A stretch of 64,000 nt of DNA from Syntrophorhabdaceae bacterium (GTDB lineage: Bacteria > Desulfobacterota > Syntrophorhabdia > Syntrophorhabdales > Syntrophorhabdaceae). Positions 29,701 through 39,121 of the stretch are shown here, in pieces. The stretch is from assembly GCA_963665295.1 (NCBI GenBank), contig OY762209.1:1568001-1632000 (forward strand), in the 5' to 3' direction. The position numbers and the translations under genes are program-made. The notes under the pieces were generated by a model. It saw only the letters and a program-made list of their open reading frames with translations, did not search any database and was not told the origin of the DNA. How positions within the stretch are numbered: position 1 is the stretch's first letter; each line of letters opens with the position of its first letter.

Positions 29701-30725
29701 AAAACCATATCCCGGCGCAGGCTCTCTCCGGAAAAGTAGCCGATGTTCTTGAGTATCTCCCGTATTTCCGTCACCTTTCGATCCTCGTCTGCCCAGGCAC
29801 GGTGCTGATCGTCAAGCTGGGGTGCGGTGACGAGACATTGGGCACGGCACATTTGAAACAAGAGAGACATGGATGAAAGCACCTGAATGAGCGATTCGAG
29901 AATCGAACCCCTGTCGAAGAGAAGTTTCGATGCCTCAAAGTGGGTCTTGTAGAAGGTACTGCAAAACAAACGGGGATCGGTTGCCTTTTCGGGCTCGGGT
30001 TCAAGGGGGACCGGCAAGTTCTCCATGGACCTTATCGCCCTGTAATAATAGTCGAGGGCATTTTCGTTGAAATTGATCTGTTTGCAGATATTCCCCTTGA
30101 AAATGTCGATGATGGGCTGAAGAAGGCATATGAGCGACCCATAGTCCAGATAGTTGTCGTCGGTGAATACGAACTGTTGCAGTTTCGTGGTGCAGAAGAT
30201 ATAGTGGTTCCCCCTGTCTTCCATGCGAAAACCGAAAAACAGGTCATGGAGGAGCGCGTCCGCCTGATGGAGATCGTTAAGGGCCGATGTGGAGCCCGAG
30301 TACCCGCCTATACTTGATTGCTTCCTTGACCAGAAGCGGCAGTGGCCTCTCAGTAAATAAAGAAAGATAGTAGACAATACCTTTTTGATTTCATCAGGGT
30401 TCTTGAAGTTGGAATGGTCGTACTGGAACTGTCTCCGGGACAGGACATCCTCCTTCTCGCATTCTCCAATCAGAGAACCGGTTGCGACAAAAAGCCCCTC
30501 GAGGGCCTTCGCCTTATTCTTGTCTCCGTCGGCCTTCTGGTAATCTCTCAAACACTTCGCCGCCGGCGCGTACTCGGAAGCGGCGCCGGTCTTGTCGAAA
30601 AATTTCCCGGCGACGCCATAACTCCCCATGAAATGGAAGAGGCAGCCGTAAAGAAACGGATCAAGGTTCGCAATGTCCGTGGAAAACACCGTGTTCGGGG
30701 TCAATGTGTCCATGTTTGCAGTCAT
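26763..30725 (-). CDS. Large (1320 aa) protein with a C-terminal MBL-fold metallo-hydrolase and a helical N-terminal region
   Basis: VIDPG, THTHPDH (HxHxDH), AWH, TGDT, AHLG, NHLG motifs; long uninterrupted ORF; RBS GAGGAG. Confidence 0.78.
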   Translation of the reverse strand: MTANMDTLTPNTVFSTDIANLDPFLYGCLFHFMGSYGVAGKFFDKTGAASEYAPAAKCLRDYQKADGDKNKAKALEGLFVATGSLIGECEKEDVLSRRQFQYDHSNFKNPDEIKKVLSTIFLYLLRGHCRFWSRKQSSIGGYSGSTSALNDLHQADALLHDLFFGFRMEDRGNHYIFCTTKLQQFVFTDDNYLDYGSLICLLQPIIDIFKGNICKQINFNENALDYYYRAIRSMENLPVPLEPEPEKATDPRLFCSTFYKTHFEASKLLFDRGSILESLIQVLSSMSLLFQMCRAQCLVTAPQLDDQHRAWADEDRKVTEIREILKNIGYFSGESLRRDMVLSLFIKPYQDQDLSEMFQIRKNTPRKPIFAKTGAAKLPLLDIDELRKTVTRYFPEPLELSKEDRVLSDIVARLGFILFTIRERPEIEKFPYTPFFSQSKNAKEAEGLCRTIRMKGHASLPEKPENGCDSLNELLSDQDFLERIWTRDLELSHPDAITLRDQIDEGRVDCRPFLTRLAMEKLYGTLVPRDPGYDLSEIIKKIVKWNDFDSAVRDEIGEYLRGFGKTSELGDYTYAILYPGGKARRRDADRLEAERSETGKPEQQGPEVGTPEDLRAAAPALKSATFKTNKIERLFSYLYLKHLPRDIKKTEELKWMCANIARLSLVNVGNIASIPGKVSRYLEQEGYKTRQKTTKRPPLNKFVVLRRWQSFNPKVPRPKGQDIRGGGYFLFWEGKGLVIDPGYDFVQNFYEQGFSIEDIDAIVVTHTHPDHEDELNTILTLVEEWNQVQEARSYFTGKGNAITRREKHLDLFLNEGAYRKYSNWLHAKKIRIRKIFLLQSSRWEERSDGRHRADYNELGSNQIIDLLQSYHMRIEVIPAWHDELIDKYSSVGFIFHLFDPEAIVRFEAAEFTGPAAEYVGQIAELNEKLKEKGLYTEFDDSSYPEHIKTFEESLGNREGEPGSSLEDLRERRKLNRMVLEHRNKKLPRLKEKQVQPVVRLGVTGDTENYSNINEMYKDVDIMVAHLGDIKLRELMTYTIKGTYETFLRDLLKCWFCDPVVESGLERSEAGTLLEEKKAVFVDYLVRLDLYAIDKERAGMEKDEQIGKLVECLNELTKTLGKLARQKPISRAGKALIDEIVDNCVNLFTAYALRTAEYRYKNHLGVTGVYDLFCSLRDHEEETPRLMIVGELPEELQSYRHIVACALNELDKGTGASAVTGDIGLTIGLPTAGIRFGRPGQQSPSFAVRCQKCYENNECLRGEEENGIHYLPHYHAPADIQETPVKALDSQIVWFCLKHHASIPEHFRHEYFTSPELRLIW

Positions 30726-30892
30726 GTTCTCCTCTTCTAATAAATTGACAGTACGAGCAGGGCTTTACGTGCAGAATCTGCTTACGGGGCTCCACCTTTG
30801 CTGTTTTTGATACTCTTAGTGTTATTCTCCGAAAATAACACCCTTTTTTCAAGAGGAAAAGGAGACAATTGTTCGATTTTTCGATATCACGG

Positions 30893-30934
30893 AAAAGGCG
30901 GGCCGCAACCCGTGAGGATTGCGGCCCGCCTTTT
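30893..30934. terminator. Bidirectional intrinsic terminator downstream of dctP
   Basis: Perfect 16-bp IR AAAAGGCGGGCCGCAA/TTGCGGCCCGCCTTTT. Confidence 0.8.
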
Positions 30935-30970
30935 ATCGGTTATAGGACGGAGGAGTTGCTAACCCGCTCT

Positions 30971-32032
30971 TTAATAGTGATACGCCGTAGGCACCTTCTG
31001 AGCCTTTTCCTGAGCCTTCCAGTACTCGATCCGCTCATTGATGAAGCTCAGCCATGTGTCTACTTCCGCAGCCTTGAATCCCTTGGAGATGAGATCCTTC
31101 TTGTAATCCGCCACTACGGGCTGCACGGCCTTCACCATCTTCGCCTGCTCGGCGTCGGAGACGGGAAGCACCTGACCGCCGAGTTTCGTGAAGTAATCCC
31201 GGCCTTCGATGTCTATCCTGTTCCATTCCACCGCCCACCTGTTCAGGAACTCCTTGGAGAATTCCGTAAAGGTCTTCTGTACGTCCGGGGGAAGGCTGTT
31301 CCATCTGTTCTTGTTCATGACAACGTAGAACTGAAAAACACTGCCGATCTTCCATGTGGCGGAGGCATATTTCTCCACTTCGCCGAGCTTGAAGCCTTTG
31401 AGGGTCTCAAGAGGGGTGTAGGTGCCGTCGATGACCGCTCTTCTCAGGGCTTCATAGAGGTCGACCGTCTCGATGGGCATGGGTACCGCGCCTAAGGCCT
31501 TCACGATATCGCCGATCCTGCCCGTGCCCCTGATCTTCATACCCTTAAGCTCTTCGAGGGTCTTTACGGGCTTCTTCAGCGTCTGGATCACGTTCGGGGG
31601 GCTTGTGGAGAACATGAGGGCATGATAGCCGTCCCACTCTTTCGGTTTGAACTTCTCATAAAAATCCATGCTCACGTGGCTCGCAATCCAGCTGCTCGGG
31701 AATCCGAGGGGTAACTCCATGACCTCGAGCACAGGGAAGCGTCCCCTCGAGTAGGAGCAATGGGAGAGGCCGATATCGGCAATCCCGCTCGACACGCCTG
31801 CGGCCATCTTGGTTGCGGTAAGAAGGGTGCCGCCCGTGTACTGGGTAACCTCCACCTTGCCCGCGAGCTTCTTGTTGATCTCTTCGCAGTACTTGCCCAT
31901 CATTACCGAGTTCATATGGGTGGGCGGAAAGTAGTTTGCGAATTTGAGTTTCACCACATCCGCGCCGGCAAAGGAAGAGAAGGATACGAGAAGTGAAAAA
32001 ACAAACAGCAACGCAACTGATCTTCTAATCAT
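30971..32032 (-). CDS. dctP: TRAP transporter substrate-binding protein, close paralog of 8734-9795
   Basis: LKFANYFP, GGTLLTA.KM, GIADIGLSHC.YSRGRFP shared with the 8734-9795 product. Confidence 0.9.
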   Translation of the reverse strand: MIRRSVALLFVFSLLVSFSSFAGADVVKLKFANYFPPTHMNSVMMGKYCEEINKKLAGKVEVTQYTGGTLLTATKMAAGVSSGIADIGLSHCSYSRGRFPVLEVMELPLGFPSSWIASHVSMDFYEKFKPKEWDGYHALMFSTSPPNVIQTLKKPVKTLEELKGMKIRGTGRIGDIVKALGAVPMPIETVDLYEALRRAVIDGTYTPLETLKGFKLGEVEKYASATWKIGSVFQFYVVMNKNRWNSLPPDVQKTFTEFSKEFLNRWAVEWNRIDIEGRDYFTKLGGQVLPVSDAEQAKMVKAVQPVVADYKKDLISKGFKAAEVDTWLSFINERIEYWKAQEKAQKVPTAYHY

Positions 32033-32099
32033 TTTGTTACCCCCTTTTTTTTGTGTGTTCATAGTATGGTGTATCATTTTGCCTCCCCTTGTTCAATTA

Positions 32100-33401
32100 T
32101 CACTTATAAAACACCGAAGGCAGCCAGAGAGCGAGCTGGGGAAACGCGAAGAGCAGGCCCCACATGACGCACAGAGAGATGAGGAAGGGGGCCACCCCTT
32201 TATAGATCTTACCCATGGGCTCCTTGGTAATGTTCTTCACCACGAAGACACAGACCGCCACAGGGGGAATGACCACCCCGATCATGACCACCACCCCGAT
32301 GACGATGCCGAACCAGAGGGGAGAGAACCCCAGCTTGAGTACGGCAGGGTAGAAGATGGGGGTCGCGAGGATCATGAAGGCGAGGTCGTCGATAAAAGAG
32401 CCTCCCAGCTCATAGACGAGACAGATGAGGAACATGATCACGTACCGGTTGAGGGGCAGCGCCACGATCCAGTCCGCCGCGTTCTGGGGAATGTTGGTGA
32501 CGGCAATGAAGTGGCCCAGGATGGTGGAGCCTGCAATGAGCATAAGGAGCATGCCCGAGGTACGAAGGGCTTCGGTTACGGACTTGGTATACCCGAAGAA
32601 CTTGAGGTCCCCCTTGGAGACGGCAAGGACAAGGACCGCGAAGGTGCCTACGGCCCCTGCCTCGGAGGGGGTGAAGAAGCCCTGCATGATGCCTCCCACC
32701 ACGAGGATGAAGACGAGGCCGATCCAGGCCACCTCGGGAAGGGACTGGATTCTCGCCTTCCAGGTTGCCTTAATGGACTTGGGGGCGAGGTTCGGGTTGA
32801 TCTTCGCCCATCCGTAGATGATCCCGAGAAAGAAGATGGCGATCATGAACCCGGGGATCATGCCTGCGAGAAAGAGCTGTCCTATGGACTGCTCGGTGAG
32901 TATGCCGAAGATGATGAGGACCACGGAGGGAGGGATGATGCAGCCCAGTGTCCCCACGGTGGCCACGATACCCGTGGAGAGCCTCCGGTCATAGCCGAAG
33001 CGGTCCATCTCGGGGATGGCGACGCTTGCAAAGGTGGCCGAGGTGGCGGCGGAAGAGCCGCAGATGGCCTTGAACGCCGTAGCGCCTAAAACGGTGGCCA
33101 TGGCAAGGCCCCCGGGGATGTGGCCCACGAACCTGTTGGCCGCCCCGTAGAGGCGTACCGCGATGCCCGCGTTGAAGCCGATCTGGCCCATGAGGATGAA
33201 GAGGGGGAAGACCGTGTAGCCGTAGTTGGTGATGACATCATAAACGTCCCTTCCGATGAGGTTCATGGCGGAGGGGAGTCCGTTCAAGTATGCAAAGCCC
33301 GCAAAGCCCACGAGGGCCATGGCGAAACCCAGTTCGATGCCCGTGCCGAAAAGGAGCAGGAGCACTGCAAGGGCGATAATACCTACCGTGATCTCATTCA
33401 T
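32100..33401 (-). CDS. dctM: TRAP transporter large permease
   Basis: PLFILMG, AICGSS, IIPPS, FTPSEAG motifs. Confidence 0.92.
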   Translation of the reverse strand: MNEITVGIIALAVLLLLFGTGIELGFAMALVGFAGFAYLNGLPSAMNLIGRDVYDVITNYGYTVFPLFILMGQIGFNAGIAVRLYGAANRFVGHIPGGLAMATVLGATAFKAICGSSAATSATFASVAIPEMDRFGYDRRLSTGIVATVGTLGCIIPPSVVLIIFGILTEQSIGQLFLAGMIPGFMIAIFFLGIIYGWAKINPNLAPKSIKATWKARIQSLPEVAWIGLVFILVVGGIMQGFFTPSEAGAVGTFAVLVLAVSKGDLKFFGYTKSVTEALRTSGMLLMLIAGSTILGHFIAVTNIPQNAADWIVALPLNRYVIMFLICLVYELGGSFIDDLAFMILATPIFYPAVLKLGFSPLWFGIVIGVVVMIGVVIPPVAVCVFVVKNITKEPMGKIYKGVAPFLISLCVMWGLLFAFPQLALWLPSVFYK

Positions 33402-33879
33402 ACTGGCCCCTCCATATTTTGATAATGTCCCTCACGAAGACGAGGACCTCGATGAAGCAGCAGACCCCTACCCCATAGGCCACGGGGAAGAAGGGAAGCT
33501 TTAATGTGGGTGAGACCTCGCCGGAGGTGTGGAACTCGTTGCCCACGCTGAAGAGGTTGTATCCTATGATGAGAAAGAGAATGATGCAGAGAATGCGCGT
33601 AAAGGTGTTGAAGATGTTTTTCCAGTCCCGGGGCATCTTCTCTATGAGAAACTCCATGAACACGTGACCCCGGTCCATGGAGACCCTCGGGATGCCGAAG
33701 CCGATGACGAGGGCCAACGCGAGGCCCACGATCTCGTAGGTGCCGAGGATCGGGTGGCCGCCTGCCCGCATGAGCACGTCGGCAACAGTTAAGAACATCA
33801 TGAACGTAAGGGCCGTACCGCCGATGATGTTGAGGATTTTACTTGCCGTGTTTAAGAACTTATCGAGTATACCTTCCAT
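33394..33879 (-). CDS. dctQ: TRAP transporter small permease
   Basis: 4 TM segments; DV.MR...PI.GTYE and GHV motifs; overlaps dctM start. Confidence 0.88.
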   Translation of the reverse strand: MEGILDKFLNTASKILNIIGGTALTFMMFLTVADVLMRAGGHPILGTYEIVGLALALVIGFGIPRVSMDRGHVFMEFLIEKMPRDWKNIFNTFTRILCIILFLIIGYNLFSVGNEFHTSGEVSPTLKLPFFPVAYGVGVCCFIEVLVFVRDIIKIWRGQYE

Positions 33880-34208
33880 AATACCTCCTTTCCCTTATAC
33901 CTTTGAACCCCCCTTGATGGAGCGGACCATGGTGCGGTCCTCTCCCGCATGAAACCTGTACTGATGGTGTGTATGGCACAGAATAGCTGATTGTGGTGTG
34001 AGAAAAAGTGTGAAAGACCGGCGGGTTATCGTCGAATAACGTGTATTAACAATTAGTCGGCCCATCCTGCCGTCTCTCCTTTGAGTCGTCTGAACTGCCG
34101 TTTCTTTCTTCATCCTGTTGCCGGCCGGATGTTCCCGCCCGGGTCGCGGTCTCCTTTGACCCTCCCTCCATGCCTGACCAGCCTTTCGGGAGTCAGGACG
34201 GCAGGGAT

Positions 34209-34236
34209 AAAAGCGGGGGCCGTATCGCCGGCCCCC
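34209..34236 (-). terminator. Putative terminator after the thiolase gene
   Basis: GGGGGCCG/CGGCCCCC stem with GCTTTT tail on minus strand. Confidence 0.5.
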
Positions 34237-34250
34237 AATGTATTACCGTC

Positions 34251-35453
34251 CTAGTCTACCTTCAGCACCAGGGAAGCCGCCGTATCACCGGCGGAGCAAC
34301 CCGTCACGAGCCCGTAGCCTCCTCCCAGGAGGACCAGCTCTTCGATAAGCTCACATACCGCCCTGCCTATGGTCGGTCCCTGGGGATGACCATAGATCAG
34401 GGAGCTTCCGTTGTTGTTCATCTTCATCACATCGTAGCCCAACTTCTTCGCAAAGGCAAGGTCATTGACCGCGAAGGGGTTATGGGTCTTTATGGCCTTC
34501 ATGTCCGATACCTTGAGACCCGCGTTGGCAAGGGCCATCTCGGAGGCGGGGATCGGGGCAGCAGGCATGAACATGGGTTTTACGCGGGCGAAGCCGTAGG
34601 AGACGATCTGAATCTCCCTCTTCGGGTCCGCGCTCAACTCCTTCGCCTTGTCCCTCGTGGTAACGATGATCCCGCAGTTACCATCGGCGGGAAAGGTCTG
34701 AGCGCCGAAGCTGAGACAGCCGCCGGGTACGACCGGTTTCAGCTTGGCCAGACCTTCCGCCGTGGTGGGGGTCCAACCTTCATCTACTTCCATCAATTTG
34801 GTCTTTTTCCTGGTCACCGTGACCTCGGGGGAGAACATGTAACGCTTCTGGAATGCGCGGTCGTTGGCGATGGCGTCCTGGTACTGCTGAAAACGGCGTA
34901 AGACTACCGTGTCGCACTCTTCCTTCGTGATCCCCACTTCCTTGGCGACGTTCTCCGCGGTCTGCACCATCGCAGCGCGGTGTCTCGGGGTGCCGCTGAA
35001 GTTATCCATGTTCCAGTCTTCCCTGTCGGGCTGGCCGCCGGGACCTAAGGGGTCTGCCCACGTGGTGTGGGGTCCGTTGGAGCAGCGGTCCGCCATGAGG
35101 GCATACCCTACATCGTAGACGCCGAGCTCCAGGTCCTTTGCAATAAGGTTCAGGATCGTGGTCGATGTGGCGCACGCCTGGTTCACGAACAGGGCGGGCA
35201 CGAACTTCTGGTCATCCGTCAGCATGGCGGCGGCGTAGTTGTGGGCACAGAACCAGTGGTTCTGGGCCACGGTGGAACCGAAATACATGTAATCCATGAC
35301 CGTGGGGTCAAGGTTCTTCTCAAGGAACCATCTCCTTGCCGTTTTTGCTGCCAGTTCCACGGCGTTGTCGTTCTGCATGCTCCCCTGCCAGCGTGAGAAG
35401 GGGGTTGAATAATAGCCCTTGTAAGGGATGTAGGCTTTCGTATACTTGTTCAT
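34251..35453 (-). CDS. Thiolase family protein (atypical HNPF / CSAG fingerprint)
   Basis: NQACATS, TAENVA, GHPQG, CSAGD; ATG 35453 with GGAGG. Confidence 0.85.
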   Translation of the reverse strand: MNKYTKAYIPYKGYYSTPFSRWQGSMQNDNAVELAAKTARRWFLEKNLDPTVMDYMYFGSTVAQNHWFCAHNYAAAMLTDDQKFVPALFVNQACATSTTILNLIAKDLELGVYDVGYALMADRCSNGPHTTWADPLGPGGQPDREDWNMDNFSGTPRHRAAMVQTAENVAKEVGITKEECDTVVLRRFQQYQDAIANDRAFQKRYMFSPEVTVTRKKTKLMEVDEGWTPTTAEGLAKLKPVVPGGCLSFGAQTFPADGNCGIIVTTRDKAKELSADPKREIQIVSYGFARVKPMFMPAAPIPASEMALANAGLKVSDMKAIKTHNPFAVNDLAFAKKLGYDVMKMNNNGSSLIYGHPQGPTIGRAVCELIEELVLLGGGYGLVTGCSAGDTAASLVLKVD

Positions 35454-35463
35454 GTGTTCCTCC

Positions 35464-36228
35464 TTAAAATACAAACAGATCGAGTCCGCCCATCATGTTG
35501 ACGACGGCGCCGGTCATGTATGCCGCTTTGTCGGATACGACGAAGGCGATGGCCTCGCCTATCTCTGCAGGCTCGGCAGGTCTGCGAAGGGCGATCCTCT
35601 TCTCGAATTTCTGACGGGTCTCTTCGGGGATGGGCTCATAGTAGGCCTCCGTATTGGCCGTGCCTATCAAGACCACGTTGGCGGTGATGCCGTGCCGTGC
35701 GCCTTCGAGGGCCGCCGACTTTGCCATGCCTATGAGGCCCGCCTTGGCCGCGCCGTAGCTCGACTGGCCGGAACCACCCATGACGCCCGCTACCGAGGAC
35801 ATGTTGACGATGCGTCCCCACTTCTTTGCCGTCATATCGGCCCATGCCTCCTTGATGCAGTAGAAGGCGGAGTTGAGACAGAGCTTCACCTCGTTGTCCC
35901 AGTCTTCCACGTTGGTCTTCGCAATGGTCACCATGCGGCGCATCTGGGCTGCGTTGTTGACAAGGATGTCTACGGGACCCATCTCCGCCTTGATGGCGGC
36001 GAAACCCTTCTGCACGTCCCCATAGTCTCTTCCGTTCATCCTCACTGCCATGGACCTGCGGCCCATGGCGCGGATCTCAGCCGCTACCTTCTCCACGCCG
36101 TCCATGTTGTTGAAGCCTGTTACCACCACATCCGCCCCATCTCTGGCGATGGCCAGGGCTGCGGCCCTCCCGATGCCGTGGGGCATTGACGCGCCTGTTA
36201 CGAGTGCAAGCTTACCTTCTGATCCCAT
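35464..36228 (-). CDS. SDR family oxidoreductase (3-oxoacyl/3-hydroxyacyl-CoA type)
   Basis: TGASMPHGIG, NNA, SS, YGAAK motifs. Confidence 0.88.
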   Translation of the reverse strand: MGSEGKLALVTGASMPHGIGRAAALAIARDGADVVVTGFNNMDGVEKVAAEIRAMGRRSMAVRMNGRDYGDVQKGFAAIKAEMGPVDILVNNAAQMRRMVTIAKTNVEDWDNEVKLCLNSAFYCIKEAWADMTAKKWGRIVNMSSVAGVMGGSGQSSYGAAKAGLIGMAKSAALEGARHGITANVVLIGTANTEAYYEPIPEETRQKFEKRIALRRPAEPAEIGEAIAFVVSDKAAYMTGAVVNMMGGLDLFVF

Positions 36229-36277
36229 AATGAACCTCCCTTTAATGTAGTTATCTTTTCTTCACACGTCACGGGTA

Positions 36278-36430
36278 TTAATCTTCCGCAGGTGTGATGA
36301 ACTGCAGTATATAAAGAAACGTAAGGATGATCTCCGCGTTCTTCTTTATGGCGTTATTGCCGTCCGCGAGGGCCTTGAGCCTCTCCGCGCTTTTCTGAAG
36401 GTTATCTATTTCTTTTCTTATCTCGTCCAT
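36278..36430 (-). CDS. Small 50-aa helical protein (not in supplied ORF track)
   Basis: GGAGGTGG RBS; MDEIRKEIDNLQKSAERLKALADGNNAIKKNAEIILTFLYILQFITPAED; similar to 39122-39301. Confidence 0.7.
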   Translation of the reverse strand: MDEIRKEIDNLQKSAERLKALADGNNAIKKNAEIILTFLYILQFITPAED

Positions 36431-36453
36431 TTACGGCCACCTCCGTTAGTTAT

Positions 36454-37761
36454 TTAGTGCGCTCCCCTCATGTCCTTGAATCTCTTCGCCTTGAGCTCAT
36501 ACCTCGGGAGGGCGCCTGCGGGTTCCACCTTCGTGGTGCAGGAGAGGTTCGTCTTTATCTTGTGCCTTTCGGAGAGCCTCTTCGCGACCGCCTCGGCTTC
36601 CTGGGGGGAGAGAGAGGGATCTACCTCGATCCGTGCCAGGATCTTGTCCATGATCCCTTCACGGGTTACGACAAGCTCATATTCCTTGATCTCGGGGAAT
36701 TCCGATCTCACGAGCTGCTCCACCGTCTTGGGGGAGAAGAGGACGCCCCGTATCTTCGTGATGTCGTCTACCCTTCCCACGATCTCCATCATCTTCTGGG
36801 AGGTCCTTCCGCATTCGCAGGTGGAGGGGCCCTTTACCGCCACGTCGTTGGTGTTGAACCGTATGACAGGGAAGGAGTGCCTTCCCAGGGGGGTTACTAC
36901 AAGGACGCCCTGCTCGCCTTCGGCTACTTCCTTGGAGAGGGTCTCTCTGTCGAGGAACTCTACGAGGAAGAGGGGTTCGATGATGTGGAGTCCCTGCTGG
37001 GCCTCGCACATGCCCGCGAAGCCGCAGGTCTCGGTGGAGCCTATATGGTCGAACATTTTGCATCCATAGGTGTCTTCTATCTTTTTACGGGTCGCCTCGG
37101 GAAGGGGCTCGCCTGCGCCCAATATCCTCTCGATCCCGAAGGTCTTGGGGTCGATGCCCATGGACATGGCTTCCTGGGCGATATTGAGGGTATAGGTGGG
37201 GGTGCCCGCCATAGCGGTGGCCTTGAGTTCGAGGATCTTGTTGACCCTGCCCTTGGTATCCAAGGCGCCGCCGGGGATTACCTCACACCCGAGTTTCTCG
37301 GCTGCGTAGTGGGCTTCCCAGAATGCCACGTACACGTTATACCCGAAGGGAAGGAAGAGCCTGTGGCGGGGCCTGAAGCCTGCCATATAGAGTATGTGGC
37401 ACCATGATTCGATCCTCCACTGCCAGCTCTCGTAGGACTCGGGCACATAGACGGGTTTGCCCGTGGTGCCGCTTGTCTGCCTGAAGGTGCATACCTCCTC
37501 GATGGGAACGCCCAGGAGTCCTCCGTAGGGGAAGGGGGTCACATCCTCCTGCCACTTCCGGAGTTCCTCCTTGTAGGTGAAAGGGACCTTCTTGATGTCT
37601 TCGAAGGTCTTGATATCCCCTGCCTCTATCCCCTTCAGTTTTTCTTTGTAAAGATTGGAATGGGCCTTGCCGTAGGAAACGAGGTCCTTAAAATACTTCA
37701 ACTCCACCTTGTTCAGCGTCTCCCGGGGTAATGTCTCCGTGTACGCGTTCCAGTACTCCAT
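36454..37761 (-). CDS. Phenylacetate-CoA ligase (PaaK) family protein
   Basis: TSGTTGKP, AGEP, DHIGSTE, RFNTND, GRVDD..KIRGV, KAKR. Confidence 0.88.
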   Translation of the reverse strand: MEYWNAYTETLPRETLNKVELKYFKDLVSYGKAHSNLYKEKLKGIEAGDIKTFEDIKKVPFTYKEELRKWQEDVTPFPYGGLLGVPIEEVCTFRQTSGTTGKPVYVPESYESWQWRIESWCHILYMAGFRPRHRLFLPFGYNVYVAFWEAHYAAEKLGCEVIPGGALDTKGRVNKILELKATAMAGTPTYTLNIAQEAMSMGIDPKTFGIERILGAGEPLPEATRKKIEDTYGCKMFDHIGSTETCGFAGMCEAQQGLHIIEPLFLVEFLDRETLSKEVAEGEQGVLVVTPLGRHSFPVIRFNTNDVAVKGPSTCECGRTSQKMMEIVGRVDDITKIRGVLFSPKTVEQLVRSEFPEIKEYELVVTREGIMDKILARIEVDPSLSPQEAEAVAKRLSERHKIKTNLSCTTKVEPAGALPRYELKAKRFKDMRGAH

Positions 37762-37899
37762 GGTTTACCTCCCCTGCTGCTTGGAATTGGTTGCTGCGCC
37801 TCTGGCTTGCATCGCATGGCAGACCATACCGTTCCCGGCTGATCGCTGAAAAGGTCCTTCCTTACAGAGTGCCATGCTTTTGTTTACCCTGTCCGAAAA

Positions 37900-37961
37900 G
37901 TTCATTTAACGAAATACATGTTCATTGAGTGACATTTTATCACACCCAAGAAGTTTGTCAA
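37900..37961 (-). promoter_or_regulatory. Sigma70 promoter with tandem putative IclR operators
   Basis: TTGACA-N16-TAAAAT (37934-37961, minus); GTTCA-N5-CGAAA at 37900 and GTTCA-N5-TGACA at 37920. Confidence 0.62.
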
Positions 37962-38138
37962 GACAAAAAAGCACGGCCTGACAAATTTCTTCAGGCTCTT
38001 GTAAACATATGGCCTGCGGCCTTCTTGTTGTGGTGTGGTGCGGAAAAGTGGTTGAAAACAAAGCGTAAAACGCCGTTGACCCGGAGGGAGCGCGGGGAGA
38101 ATGTGCCTTAAGTGATCGTAATGCTCAGACGTGCAATT

Positions 38139-38939
38139 CTATGCGGGGTAACCTTTTTTGGCGATGTAGCCCAACTCGGCGGAGATATTCCGCGCCGTTG
38201 CCAGGGCCTCTTTCAGCATCCGTTTCACGCTTTTGGCGTCTTCCGAGGACGAGATGAATGCGACGCCGATGGCGGCAATGACCCTTCCCGTGGAGTCGTG
38301 GATAGGGGCGCCTATACCGCTGATACCGTCCATGGCCGTCTCCTCGTCGATGGCAAAGCCTTTTTCCCGTATCTCATGGAACCACGCGAGGTACTCCTGG
38401 GTGGAGAGGCGTGATTTTTTCGCCGTGGGAGCAGGGGGCCGTCTTTCGAGAAGCCTTTCTATCTCGTCGTCCGGCAGGTAGGCTATGATGGCGGGCCCCA
38501 CCATTCCCCAGGTCGGGGGACGCCTCCGCCCCACCTCCGAGGTAAAACGGATGGGGTTCCGTGGGTCTTCCTTTTTGTCGATGTAAAGCAGGTCGTCGTT
38601 GTCGAGCACTCCGAGGAAGACGGTCTTTCCAAGCCTTACCTGGAGCTGGATCAAGTGGTAGGACGCGAGTTTTCTGAGGGAGAACGAGTTGAGGACTATG
38701 CTGCCCAACTCGAAGAGTCTGAGACCGAGGGAATAGCGCTTTGACTCGGGGTCCTGTCTCAGGAAGTTGTACTTCACCAGCGTCGAGCACAGTCTGAGAA
38801 CGGTCGCTCTCGGCAGGTTCAGGGCTGCGGCGAGTTGCGCCAGGGTAAGGGCCGCCTGCTCGTTGTCAAAAGCGTTCAATATTTGCAGGGCCCTCTCAAG
38901 GGACCTGTTATAAAAACCTTCTTCCTTTTCTTGATCCAT
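38139..38939 (-). CDS. IclR family transcriptional regulator
   Basis: RSLERALQIL...LPRATVLRL wHTH, YSLG, GIGAPI motifs. Confidence 0.9.
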   Translation of the reverse strand: MDQEKEEGFYNRSLERALQILNAFDNEQAALTLAQLAAALNLPRATVLRLCSTLVKYNFLRQDPESKRYSLGLRLFELGSIVLNSFSLRKLASYHLIQLQVRLGKTVFLGVLDNDDLLYIDKKEDPRNPIRFTSEVGRRRPPTWGMVGPAIIAYLPDDEIERLLERRPPAPTAKKSRLSTQEYLAWFHEIREKGFAIDEETAMDGISGIGAPIHDSTGRVIAAIGVAFISSSEDAKSVKRMLKEALATARNISAELGYIAKKGYPA

Positions 38940-38942
38940 ATG

Positions 38943-38957
38943 TTTCACCTACTGAAA
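38943..38957. promoter_or_regulatory. Putative IclR autoregulatory operator
   Basis: TTTCA-CCTAC-TGAAA with perfectly inverted arms, over the iclR RBS. Confidence 0.55.
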
Positions 38958-39121
38958 TTAGTTTGATTAATCTGCACCATAAAGTCGCTTCCTGTCAACA
39001 AAAAAGCGGAAATCCCGCGTCCTTGCACGGCTCCCCGCACGCACTTGCCCTGCGGGCGAGCCTCCGGGGACTGTATCCGGGGACTCGCGTTCGCAAGGTC
39101 TACCTGTCTCAAATCCGGGGG

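Noticed and set aside
33895..34113. 72-aa ORF in the dctQ-thiolase gap
   Set aside because: No SD, no motif; overlaps a probable promoter region
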